Assembly (NCBI RefSeq): GCF_965196625.1
Contig: NZ_OZ239769.1
Location: forward strand, 480,001 to 512,000
Source of the DNA: Candidatus Saccharimonadota bacterium
Lineage (GTDB): Bacteria; Bacteroidota; Bacteroidia; Cytophagales; Amoebophilaceae
DNA: 32,000 nt
Direction: 5' to 3'
The position numbers and the translations under genes were made by a program. The notes under the pieces are model-generated. The model was not told the DNA's origin. It ran no database searches and was given only the letters and a program-made list of their open reading frames with translations. Shown in pieces: positions 18,117-27,184 of the stretch (its first letter is position 1; every line of letters starts with the position of its first letter).

Positions 18117-18703
18117 TCATGGTAACTGCGCTGTATAAATTGGTTTTAAATCAGCTACTAATGCCTTTCTATGTTTATATGAAACATACTGCAAGCTATT
18201 CCTAATGGCATGAATCATATAGAGCTGATGGTCCGTTTTTGGGTATACAGCAGAAATGGCCTCGGACATACTTGGCAAATAAAGATAAGAGCTTATCATC
18301 TAAGCCAGGTATTCTTGTGTGACGCTTAGGTAATAAAACAGGTTCAAAAGTGGCTGCTCTATCTCTGGGGACATCAACTGATATCACCCTATTATCAGTT
18401 GATAACTTGCTTACTGGATAAGCCGTTACGTGCATTATCTGAAGCACTATACGCATACTTATTATAACCTAAATGGTTATCCATTTCTGACTTTAACGCT
18501 TTTTCTACAAGACGCTTACTTAATTGCTTGAGTAAGCCGTCTTGATCAAATAGGGTGGATAGATCTACGCCTGAGTCTATGAGAACATCTATGGCTTGGC
18601 TTATACCGTCTTTGGGTCTGTCTTTTCTTTTCATTCTGGTCAAGGATTATTGTTTAGATAAATATACAACCGAAAAAATATTTACACGACACTTAAGTAG
18701 ACA
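18117..18703 (-). mobile_element. IS256-family (Mutator-type transposase) element remnant, frameshifted, internally deleted and 3'-truncated
   Basis: Three overlapping minus-strand ORFs. These are the N-terminus ...LLKQLSKRLVEKALKSEMDNHLGYNKYA, then DVPRDRAATFEPVLLPKRHTRIPGLDDKLLSLFAK, then AISAVYPKTDHQLYMIHAIRNSLQYVSYKHRKALVADLKPIY. All parallel the intact transposase at 20559-21773, but ~130 aa of the catalytic core is missing. The terminal ATTTACAC motif near 18680-18703 resembles the intact copy's end. Confidence 0.8.
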
Positions 18704-18722
18704 GACCCGATCCTAAGGTATT

Positions 18723-18827
18723 AATGGCCAAAAACATGCACAAAGATCATGGTATGGTCATCAATGATATCTGTAAAACATTAAAAATTTCCAGAGCAAG
18801 TTTTTATCGATATGTTAATATATTATG
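18723..18827 (+). pseudogene. possible C-terminal HTH remnant of a serine recombinase/resolvase
   Basis: The 34-aa ORF MAKNMHKDHGMVINDICKTLKISRASFYRYVNIL resembles the resolvase HTH tail (I...L.ISR.T.YRY.). No catalytic domain lies upstream. Confidence 0.3.
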
Positions 18828-19206
18828 ATAATCATCAAAATTGTTTGTTAAAGACTTAGTTTTAGATTTTAATCTATACCCACTCTACTGCTATAAGACT
18901 TTCAATTTCGTTGGCTATATAAAACCAAAGTTACTTTTAATAAAAATACCCTCTCTAGTGAGGGTTAATACCGATAAGCATATTACCATTGCCTTAACGT
19001 GCTTTATTCTCCCTTTTCTGAGGCCACCCCAATTACTTATGATGGAACTATTTAAGGTCTTTTATAAAGTTTAAGGGAAAAAGCAAGTATCTACTATTGT
19101 ATTAGTCAGCATTTAATCCTATACTTTTAGTGTATGAAACATACCTATACGAATCACATATTTTATGTATAGTTGTATTGATGACACCTTGTAAACTTAT
19201 ACTGCT

Positions 19207-20293
19207 ATGAAGAAAATACAATTTACTTTCAACCTATTCCTACTTAATTTATTGGGAATAGCTTGTAGTGGACGTGTATCGTATCAACCTATGTTAAAAA
19301 ACATAATAAAAAATGATTACTTGCGTGATATGGATAGATATCCCATAAAATATGGAGAAAGTGGGGAGACAACCAACCGAGAAATAGGAAAGTGTAACAA
19401 TTTCAACTATAGATTCAAAAAAACTGGTCCAGATGGGAAAGGTAGACTATATGGGGAAGCATATCCTATATACCTCATGCAGCATCATACAGTTGCAGAC
19501 TTCAATCGTACTGTTGATATATTTACACAAGAAAAATATACAGTATCTGCTCATTATGTTATTGACACTAATGGGAGCATATATCGTTTTGTTGCGGATC
19601 CTTACAGAGCTTATCACGCAGGAATTGGTAGTTTGGCTGAAAGCTCTAAACTTAGTAGTGCTTTAGTATCTTATTCCGAACTACAAAATGATATGAATAG
19701 CTGGTCTATTGGAATTGAAAATGTAAACAATGGTAATCAGCCTTATACAGAGGCACAAATCAAGTCTAATGTAGAGCTGTCTACAATGCTTACTCAACAG
19801 CATAGGAACATTGATGCTAAACTAATGTTAGGGCATAGCGATTGGGCTCCAAGTAGAAAAATTGATCTAAATCCTTATTTCTTTTGGGACAAGTTGGCCA
19901 ACGCACAGGATGAACCATCTTTTAATGAACTTAACATTAATAAAAATTTTGGTGTATACCCCAGAAAAAAGGACTTAAGCATAAGTCCAAACCCTGATAT
20001 AGTAGTGTCTTATAAGGCAAAAGATAGTAGGTGTCACAAGATGAACAAGAATGGATCCAAAAGCTACGTGAATATGGATATAATATCAAAACAGATGGTA
20101 CTTATAATGATTCAGTCCGAGGAGCTATTTTAGCATTTAAAATACACCATTCTGGTGATGATATACTTCGTAATGATGCTTTACATAAGGATTGGGAAAA
20201 ATATATCATGGAAAGGAAGGATCTCTTTTATATCAGTTTGATGCGAACGATGGTAAATATCTAGATGATCTATTAGATCAGTTTTCTAAGTAG
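19207..20293 (+). pseudogene. N-acetylmuramoyl-L-alanine amidase (Amidase_2/AmpD-PGRP type) lipoprotein with C-terminal peptidoglycan-binding-like domain, frameshifted
   Basis: Lipoprotein-like leader MKKIQFTFNLFLLNLLGIACSG. Amidase_2 core SAHYVIDTNGSIYRFV...AYHAG...WSIGIENVN...LGHSDWAPSRKIDLNPYFFWDKLA. The frame changes near 20020-20031 into SQDEQEWIQKLREYGYNIKTDGTYNDSVRGAILAFK (PG_binding_1-like). There may be a second shift near 20225. Confidence 0.78.
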
Positions 20294-20530
20294 TTTCTTC
20301 AAAATGAACGTTAATATAGATTTATAGTATTTTATTTTTCAGAAAGCCTACTACTTTAATTATCAATTATTTTCTACGCTTGGCAGTAAATATAATTTTA
20401 GAGTACATAGGGTAGTATAAGCTTAGGATAGCCTTTGGGTAGCTGATTCAAATGGCTCACTTGAAACGTATCCCTACTTAATAGTGAGTTAAGGCTAGGA
20501 TCTTCTGGATAGTTAAGTAGTAGTGAGCCT

Positions 20531-21850
20531 GTAAATTATTTTGTGTAAGTGCCGTTTTTTAGGAGAATCTTCCCTCAAATTCGATAGCGAATCGATTCAG
20601 AGCCGCTCTCCAATCATGTAAAGACATAGTCCACTTTTGTGATGCCTTCTGTATGGCTAAATATACTACTTTTAATGCAGATTGGTCATTAGGAAAAATT
20701 TTACGGTTATTGATAGATTTTCTAATAACGCTATTGAGTGATTCAATGGCATTGGTCGTATAAATAATTTTTCGTATTTCATCAGGATAGTCAAAAATAG
20801 TTATAATGTTGCTCCAATTTTTATGCCATGAACGACTAATAGCTGGATATTTTTTATCCCATTTTTCACTAAAAATAAGAAGTGCTTCTTCCGCTTGCTC
20901 AAGAGAAATAGCGCGATAAATAACTTTAAGATCCGATGCGACGGACTTCATGTCCTTATAGGGTACATAACGTAACGAATTACGAATAAGATGAACAATG
21001 CATAACTGAATTTTGGTTTTTGGAAATACTGTATTAATAGCATCTGGAAATCCGGTTAATCCATCAACACAAGCAATAAAAATATCCTTAATGCCACGAT
21101 TATTTAACTCAGTTAATACTGAGAGCCAAAATTTTGCACCTTCGGTTTCTGCTATCCACAAACCAAGTAATTCTTTTTGCCCTTGACAATTAATGGCTAA
21201 TGCCAAATAAATTGATTTGTTGATTACGCGTTTATCTTGATGACACTTGATAACGATACAATCTAAATACAATATGGGATATACTGTTTCTAATGGACGA
21301 TTCTGCCAAACAGTAATCTCCTCAATAACAGATTCAGTTACTTTCGAAATTAAACTGTGTGATACCTCTGTACCATACAGCTCTTTGAATGTATCTGAAA
21401 TATCTCTGGTAGTCATCCCTCTAGCATAAAGAGCCAAAATTTGTTCATCAAATTCAGTGAAGCGAGTTTGCCCTTTGCGAATGATTTGAGGATCGAACGT
21501 GCTGTTTCGGTCACGTGGCGTATTAATTTCCATTTCGCCAAAATCACCCTTTAATCGCTTAGGAGAGTAACCATTACGGCTATTTCCCGTGTTCCTGCCT
21601 TCTATAGCATGCTTTTCATAGCCAAGATGATCCTCTAATTCTGCATCCATAGCACGTTCTACCGTGATTTTTAATAGTTGCTTGCTGAGAATAGCTAAAT
21701 CTTTTTCACTCTTAATAGACTTCGACAATTCATTTAGTAGATTTGGATCTATATTTATTTGTTGTTGTTCCATTGCTTATGACTCATTTATAACTAACGA
21801 TTTAATCCGTTAGATTAGTTAATAATAAGCATTTACACAATTTTATTTAC
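20531..21850 (-). mobile_element. intact IS256-family insertion sequence (~1.32 kb)
   Basis: Imperfect terminal inverted repeats: GTAAATTATTTTGTGTAAGTGC at 20531-20552 against the reverse complement of GCATTTACACAATTTTATTTAC at 21829-21850. They enclose a single 404-aa transposase ORF. The size is typical for IS256. Confidence 0.85.
20559..21773 (-). CDS. IS256-family transposase (Mutator type)
   Basis: 404 aa, uninterrupted. LEDHLGYEKHA, NTPRDRNSTFDPQIIRKGQTRF, YPILYLDCIVIK, FIACVDGLTGFPDAI, QLCIVHLIRNSLRYV, IYTTNAIESLNSVIRK. Confidence 0.93.
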   Translation of the reverse strand: MEQQQINIDPNLLNELSKSIKSEKDLAILSKQLLKITVERAMDAELEDHLGYEKHAIEGRNTGNSRNGYSPKRLKGDFGEMEINTPRDRNSTFDPQIIRKGQTRFTEFDEQILALYARGMTTRDISDTFKELYGTEVSHSLISKVTESVIEEITVWQNRPLETVYPILYLDCIVIKCHQDKRVINKSIYLALAINCQGQKELLGLWIAETEGAKFWLSVLTELNNRGIKDIFIACVDGLTGFPDAINTVFPKTKIQLCIVHLIRNSLRYVPYKDMKSVASDLKVIYRAISLEQAEEALLIFSEKWDKKYPAISRSWHKNWSNIITIFDYPDEIRKIIYTTNAIESLNSVIRKSINNRKIFPNDQSALKVVYLAIQKASQKWTMSLHDWRAALNRFAIEFEGRFS

Positions 21851-21854
21851 AAAC

Positions 21855-22313
21855 TCAAATATCTGTTGTAGGTAGGCTTCTTCCTGTTAAATTTTTAATG
21901 GTTATTGCCCTGTTTTCTTTATGAAAAGATAATATTTTCAGCTCGTCTAATGGAATTGTATCCGCTATATCTTGTATCTTTTTGTGTGGATAAGGTCTAA
22001 AGTTAAGGCCATACCATTTGGATTGCGCTAGACCATCCTGATTAGAAAATATTGTAAGCTGCTTTTTTTCACTAGCCCAGATGTCTGTTTGTAGAATCTG
22101 TTTAACGTAGTCTTGATCCCAAGGAGATGCAGTACCAAAAAAGCGTTCATGTAAATTCTTCAAATAAGATTGTTGTATCTGTTTCTCCAATAATGGTTTT
22201 TCATATCCCTTCTGATGTGGATTAATCCATTTGTCTGTCTCCTGTTGGCAAAATTCTATAGGAAAAAACTCCATTGAAATAAGATAAAAAAGGTGGTTAC
22301 GCTTGTATAGCAT
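21855..22313 (-). CDS. hypothetical protein, probably the N-terminal fragment of a gene interrupted by the IS (tentatively cell-wall hydrolase N-terminal domain-like)
   Basis: 152-aa ORF whose stop codon (21855-21857) lies 4 nt from the IS end at 21850. The sequence (...FGTASPWDQDY...AITIKNLTGRSLPTTDI) loosely recalls the N-terminal domain that precedes SH3b/NlpC-P60 modules. That assignment is from memory only. Confidence 0.4.
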   Translation of the reverse strand: MLYKRNHLFYLISMEFFPIEFCQQETDKWINPHQKGYEKPLLEKQIQQSYLKNLHERFFGTASPWDQDYVKQILQTDIWASEKKQLTIFSNQDGLAQSKWYGLNFRPYPHKKIQDIADTIPLDELKILSFHKENRAITIKNLTGRSLPTTDI

Positions 22314-22448
22314 TTAAAGTACCATGCTAAGGCTAATAGGTAACGGATAAGCTATAACTTACTTAACATTAATAAGATATAAAATAATATATTACAATAT
22401 TACAATTTGTATCTATCATTTCCCACATTCAACTAATAATAAATATCT

Positions 22449-25400
22449 ATGTTAACCTTATATATTCTGCCAACTATAGTCATATTCTTTCTGTTATTAA
22501 CATTAGTCGTAGGTATATACTATAGTGGTAAAATAACTTCCTTACGTGAATATGCAATAGGTAATAAAAATTTTGCTACTGCCACTTTAGTGGCTACATT
22601 ACTGGCCACACTTTATGGGGGAGGTGCCTTGATGCGTACTGTACAACAGATTTATAATCAGGGTATATATTATATTATTATATTGTTAGCAGACAGTATC
22701 TCTATTTGGATATGGACGCTACTTATACCACGTATGGGACCATTTATGTACCACCTTTCCACAGCAGAAAGCATAGGTAGCGTATATGGTACATGGCCTA
22801 GAATCATCTCTGCACTATTTGGTGTAGTACGCTCCCTTATAACTATTGTTACACAAATTAATGTAGTCACTTCAGCTGTTGCTATCTGTATACCTAAGAT
22901 AGATTCCTATGCTATTACAGTGGCCATTAGTCTAATTTTTGTTACCTATTCTAGTTTGGGCGGCATTCGTTCTGTCACCTTTACTGACGTTATGCAATTT
23001 ATCACCTTTACAATTGTTATTCCCTTTTTTACTTGGTATATGTATATACATACCAACCAGTCGGTAACAGAGATAATTGCCTGCTTAAAGTGTTCGACGA
23101 AATTTCAATTGGATGGTTTATTTCATCTCAATCGTAAATTTATTGGAGCATTTATGCTAATATTAGCGATCATAATACCTAGTGGAAGACCTAGTATGAT
23201 GCAACGGGTATATATGTCTTCTGGAGTTATACAAGCTAAAAAAGTTTTTTATTACACTAGCATTTTTAACCTACTTATAGTGGGTTTTATCATTTTCATC
23301 GGTTTATTTACCATTGTATCCATAAATCATTTAAGTATAGAAGAAATTTGGCCCTATATTGTCGGTCAATGCCCACCTATTCTGCAAGCATCCATTCTAA
23401 TTGGACTCATTGCTATGACTATGTCGACTGCTGACTCTAGTTTAAATAGCTGTGCTACCATGCTTACCCATGATTTACTTGCTAATATTTACTCAAAATG
23501 GTACATGTTATCAGAAAAAAATCAGTTATATATAGTAAGGATTTCCTCTCTAGTTACTGGTTTATTAGCTATGATAATAGCTTTTTACTGTAAAGATTTG
23601 TTCCGGTTACTTTGTTGGGCACTTCAAGTGTCCGTGCCTATTACAGCTGCTCCGCTATTACTAGCCATCTTTGGTTTTCGCGGCACTTCCCGTACCGCGT
23701 TAATCGGTATGGGTACAGGTGTGTTGACCATTCTAATATGGAACGAATTGGTTCAATCTTCTACTGGTATAGATGGTTCTGTCCTTGCCATGCTAGCAAA
23801 TGGTCTAGCTATGATGGCAGCTCATTATCTATCAAAAAAACCAAAAGATAGATGGTGGGTTGGAATAGATGATACATTTAAACAAATTAAACAAGAAAAT
23901 TCCCGTAAGCGTGCAGAACGCAAAGAAGCGATTAAGAATTATTGGACAAATAGAAAAGATACTTTAGCCAAGTTGATGCCAAGCCACACTACGATGGTAT
24001 ATGTAGGATTATATATTACCATTACTAGTTTGTTTACTTATTCTATGATTCGTATTACGGATCATGATGGCTGCTGGCTTACTATTCAGTTATTTGGATC
24101 AGCTTGTTGTTTAGGCTATCCATTTCTTTATGATATTTCCAAAAAAATAAGATCTATTCCCAGTTGGTTTATTGGCCTATACTGGTTAGTGGGTTTATCA
24201 GTTTATCTTCCTATAAGTTTGCTTTTTACCTGGTGGTATCCTCATGATCTTATCTTTACCTTATCCTTATCTTTTTCCCATTTATTCATAATCTTATGGA
24301 TTTTTCCTCTTTACATAGGTATAATGGTTATTGCCATTACATCATTAGTAGCTATTTATCCGATTTATGTTGCATGCTATTTTCCTTTATTAGGCTCTTT
24401 ATTACCATTATGTATGATGGGTATACTAGTATTTGCTATTATTATTTGCTTTAAAATCAAAGTAGGTAATATTACCACACAGAATATTTACCTAAAAAAT
24501 CAAGAAAAAATCAGAGAATCCCAACGAGTAAAAGCCTCCCTTTATGATGCAGCAATGGTTCCATCAAATGGTTCTGCTTCCCGTGCCCCTAAAGGTTATG
24601 GATTTATTTTAAATCAAGTAGTTGGTAAGATTGAGGAATCTATCTCCTTCTTAGATAATAATATTCCAATTTATAAGCAAGATTTACAAAGTATTATCAA
24701 TAAGTTTTATGATTGGATAGCCTATTTCAATAGGATGGAAAAACATAAGGATCATGTGCTGTTACAGCCTACTAAAATTACTTTCGATAAACTGATTCGT
24801 AAAGTGGAAGTGGCACTATCCCAAGAGATTATTAATCCACCTAGGGTTCTGTTAGAAACAATAAACGATGCTGATAAAAGCCTATCTATTATAGGCGATA
24901 TCAACCAATTAGTTTATTTATTGGTTCAATCTGTTTTACGGATCGGTAAAATAGAAAACGATATTCCATCAGTTGTTCGCATACAACTGTATCCTACTAC
25001 TTTGCGCTTTATACAAGCGGATCCTATTGATAACAGCTACCCTACCTTTATGGATTTTAAATCTACTGATCTGGTTATCAGCCATTCTACCGTTGATGCA
25101 AAAGCGTTACCTAAAGTAAAGAATCAATATGACGATCTCATGGATTATATGGGAACAAAAGGTAAACAGGAAGTTCCGCCATCCATAGATCTACAACAAC
25201 AAACCCTATCTACGATTATTGAAGCCCACTACGGATATTTAGAAGTTCCTGATGATACTAGAAAAAAAACTATGTTATTAGTATTGCCGAACAATGTTAC
25301 TGATATCCTCAGTAAGATGACTATTACCCTGCCTATAGATTCCTTAACCTTAGATGCGCCTGTTACACCAAAGGAACAGGCTGATTCGATGATGGAATTG

Positions 25401-26030
25401 ATGCAGTTCCATGATTACATTTCCAAAGTATCTATCCAAGAAGATCCTATTGACACAAAGACGATTTCAGGTTTGATTTTATTATTACGGAAACATTTTG
25501 GCTTTAAAAGGCATGCCTCTGGACAGTTGTTTTATGTTCGATCAGTAGGGATTGCTGCATTAGTGGTAGAATGGGTTTTTCACTCTCCTAAAGTGATTTA
25601 TGCTTCTTTGCTTTATGAGTTGGTTCGCCGTACTTGTTTGCCGCTTTCTTATATCAAGAAACATTATAATTTAGGTGTTTATGCCTTTGTGCTAAATGTT
25701 ATAGGTATAGATAAACGTCAAGACTTAGATCATCCTTCTTTGCTTTATGTAAAAAATCGATTGAAGGAAGCGATTAAAGAAGATCACGTACAGTTATCCA
25801 TTTTATTTATAAAATTTGCTGAACGGCTTTATGACCTACGCCATGCTTCAGGCTATATCCATCTAACAGAGGTTCAACATATGGCGCAAGAAACATTGGC
25901 TATAGATGTGCAAATAGCCAATACATACTTAGGAAAAGAGATAGGAATAGCTTTAGAACAAGCCGCCAAGCAGGCACTAGAGTATTATGAAAATACAAAT
26001 AAAAAAAAGGGTGTTGCAACAAAAACATAG
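22449..26030 (+). CDS. multidomain membrane protein: SSS (SLC5) transporter domain + six-TM block + degenerate histidine-kinase-like module + degenerate RelA/SpoT-type HD domain
   Basis: 1193 aa.
- aa 1-465: SSS family (GNKNFATATLVATLLATLYGGGALM; MTMSTADSSLNS).
- aa ~512-672: six further hydrophobic helices.
- aa ~700-960: DHp/CA-like layout without the H, N or G boxes.
- aa ~1005-1180: aligns with the SpoT/Rel hydrolase domain. HASGQLFYVRSVGIAALV matches GEPYITHPVAVA; VQLSILFIKFAERLYDLRH matches IRVILIKLADRTHNMRT; AQETLAIDVQIANTYLG matches ARETLEIYSPLAHRLG. Confidence 0.85.
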   Translation: MLTLYILPTIVIFFLLLTLVVGIYYSGKITSLREYAIGNKNFATATLVATLLATLYGGGALMRTVQQIYNQGIYYIIILLADSISIWIWTLLIPRMGPFMYHLSTAESIGSVYGTWPRIISALFGVVRSLITIVTQINVVTSAVAICIPKIDSYAITVAISLIFVTYSSLGGIRSVTFTDVMQFITFTIVIPFFTWYMYIHTNQSVTEIIACLKCSTKFQLDGLFHLNRKFIGAFMLILAIIIPSGRPSMMQRVYMSSGVIQAKKVFYYTSIFNLLIVGFIIFIGLFTIVSINHLSIEEIWPYIVGQCPPILQASILIGLIAMTMSTADSSLNSCATMLTHDLLANIYSKWYMLSEKNQLYIVRISSLVTGLLAMIIAFYCKDLFRLLCWALQVSVPITAAPLLLAIFGFRGTSRTALIGMGTGVLTILIWNELVQSSTGIDGSVLAMLANGLAMMAAHYLSKKPKDRWWVGIDDTFKQIKQENSRKRAERKEAIKNYWTNRKDTLAKLMPSHTTMVYVGLYITITSLFTYSMIRITDHDGCWLTIQLFGSACCLGYPFLYDISKKIRSIPSWFIGLYWLVGLSVYLPISLLFTWWYPHDLIFTLSLSFSHLFIILWIFPLYIGIMVIAITSLVAIYPIYVACYFPLLGSLLPLCMMGILVFAIIICFKIKVGNITTQNIYLKNQEKIRESQRVKASLYDAAMVPSNGSASRAPKGYGFILNQVVGKIEESISFLDNNIPIYKQDLQSIINKFYDWIAYFNRMEKHKDHVLLQPTKITFDKLIRKVEVALSQEIINPPRVLLETINDADKSLSIIGDINQLVYLLVQSVLRIGKIENDIPSVVRIQLYPTTLRFIQADPIDNSYPTFMDFKSTDLVISHSTVDAKALPKVKNQYDDLMDYMGTKGKQEVPPSIDLQQQTLSTIIEAHYGYLEVPDDTRKKTMLLVLPNNVTDILSKMTITLPIDSLTLDAPVTPKEQADSMMELMQFHDYISKVSIQEDPIDTKTISGLILLLRKHFGFKRHASGQLFYVRSVGIAALVVEWVFHSPKVIYASLLYELVRRTCLPLSYIKKHYNLGVYAFVLNVIGIDKRQDLDHPSLLYVKNRLKEAIKEDHVQLSILFIKFAERLYDLRHASGYIHLTEVQHMAQETLAIDVQIANTYLGKEIGIALEQAAKQALEYYENTNKKKGVATKT

Positions 26031-26166
26031 AAATATCTCTCATGGAAATTAAAAATAAGTACTTTTTTGTAACTTATAAGAATTAGTATTTTATATTTGT
26101 TCCTACAAATACATTTAAGTAATTATTCCTTTCTAACTATTTAATGCTTATTAGTAAGATATCTTT

Positions 26167-27114
26167 ATGACGGAAAACTTGAAACACGATGGTTTGGCAA
26201 AAAAAAATCTTTCTGATCCAATAGCTGCTCAGGAGTTTTTGGACCATTATTTACCATACTCCTGTAAATCATTATTAGATCTAAACACGCTTAAAATTGA
26301 GGAAGAATCATTTGTAGAAGAAAACTTAAAGCAAAAATTTAGTGATTTAGTATTCTCTATCAATACTAAAAATAATCAGAAAGCTTTCATATATATGCTA
26401 GTTGAGGCAGAGGTTAGCCCTAAGTATTGGACAGCGTTTAAGTTATGGAAATATATGTTTCTCTTACTTGAAAAACATAAGACGAAAAAGAAATCAAAAT
26501 TTCCACTAATAATTCCATTGCTCCTCTATCATGGTAATACACCTTTTACTGTCCCAAGAAATTTATGGGAGTTGTTTAGTGAACCTAGCCTTGCTAAAGA
26601 GCTGATGGGAGGAGATTATCAATTGGTAGATTTGTATGCTATGCCAGATGATGAGATCAAAAATAAGGCGCACCTTGGAATGATGGAATACTTTATGAAA
26701 TATGTTCACGTGCGTGATATGCTTAAGCTATGGGAGAAATTTTTAGAAAACTTTAAGTCTTGTATTCTACTAGATAAAGAAAAAGGTTATATTTATATAA
26801 GGAATTTTTTATGGTATACTGGCAGTAAATTACCAGAAGATAAATATCAAGATTTAGAAAATATTATAAGGGAACACATTCCTAAAGAGGATAAAGAAGC
26901 TCTTATGAGAACTATAGCACAAAAATATAGGGAAGAGGGTATCAAAATAGGGAAAGAAAAAGGTAAACTAGAGGGTATGAAGCTTGGAGAAAATAAAGGT
27001 AAACTAGAGGGTAAACTAGAGGGAGAAAATGAGAAAGCCATTTCTATCGCTAGAGCCATGCTTGCAAAGCGTTACCCGTTAGAAGATATTATTGCTCTTA
27101 CTGGTTTATCCTGA
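26167..27114 (+). CDS. Rpn/YhgA-like recombination-promoting nuclease (PD-(D/E)XK, Transposase_31 family)
   Basis: 315 aa. N-terminus HDGLAKKNLSDPIAAQEFLDHYLP, core FSDLVFSI...AFIYMLVEAEVSP...PLIIPLLLYHGNTPF, and a C-terminal E/G/K-rich repeat followed by AISIARAMLAKRYPLEDIIALTGLS. Confidence 0.82.
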   Translation: MTENLKHDGLAKKNLSDPIAAQEFLDHYLPYSCKSLLDLNTLKIEEESFVEENLKQKFSDLVFSINTKNNQKAFIYMLVEAEVSPKYWTAFKLWKYMFLLLEKHKTKKKSKFPLIIPLLLYHGNTPFTVPRNLWELFSEPSLAKELMGGDYQLVDLYAMPDDEIKNKAHLGMMEYFMKYVHVRDMLKLWEKFLENFKSCILLDKEKGYIYIRNFLWYTGSKLPEDKYQDLENIIREHIPKEDKEALMRTIAQKYREEGIKIGKEKGKLEGMKLGENKGKLEGKLEGENEKAISIARAMLAKRYPLEDIIALTGLS

Positions 27115-27184
27115 TCTCGCATTCAGGAGCTTGTGTAGGCCTACTTATAGCTATCCTATTCGTACCCGTTCATGGCAGTGATTT

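Noticed and set aside
18841-19074. 77-aa ORF in the spacer before the amidase gene.
   Set aside because: It sits in AT-rich DNA and its peptide is rich in L/F/K/Y. It begins with TTG, not ATG, and has no recognisable motif. It is probably non-coding.
22391-22410. Tandem ATTACAAT ATTACAAT followed by TTTG upstream of the SSS fusion gene, considered as a Bacteroidota -7 box (TAnnTTTG).
   Set aside because: TACAATTTG has three bases, not two, between TA and TTTG. Such A/T words are common in this DNA. Without transcription start data this is not a supportable promoter call.
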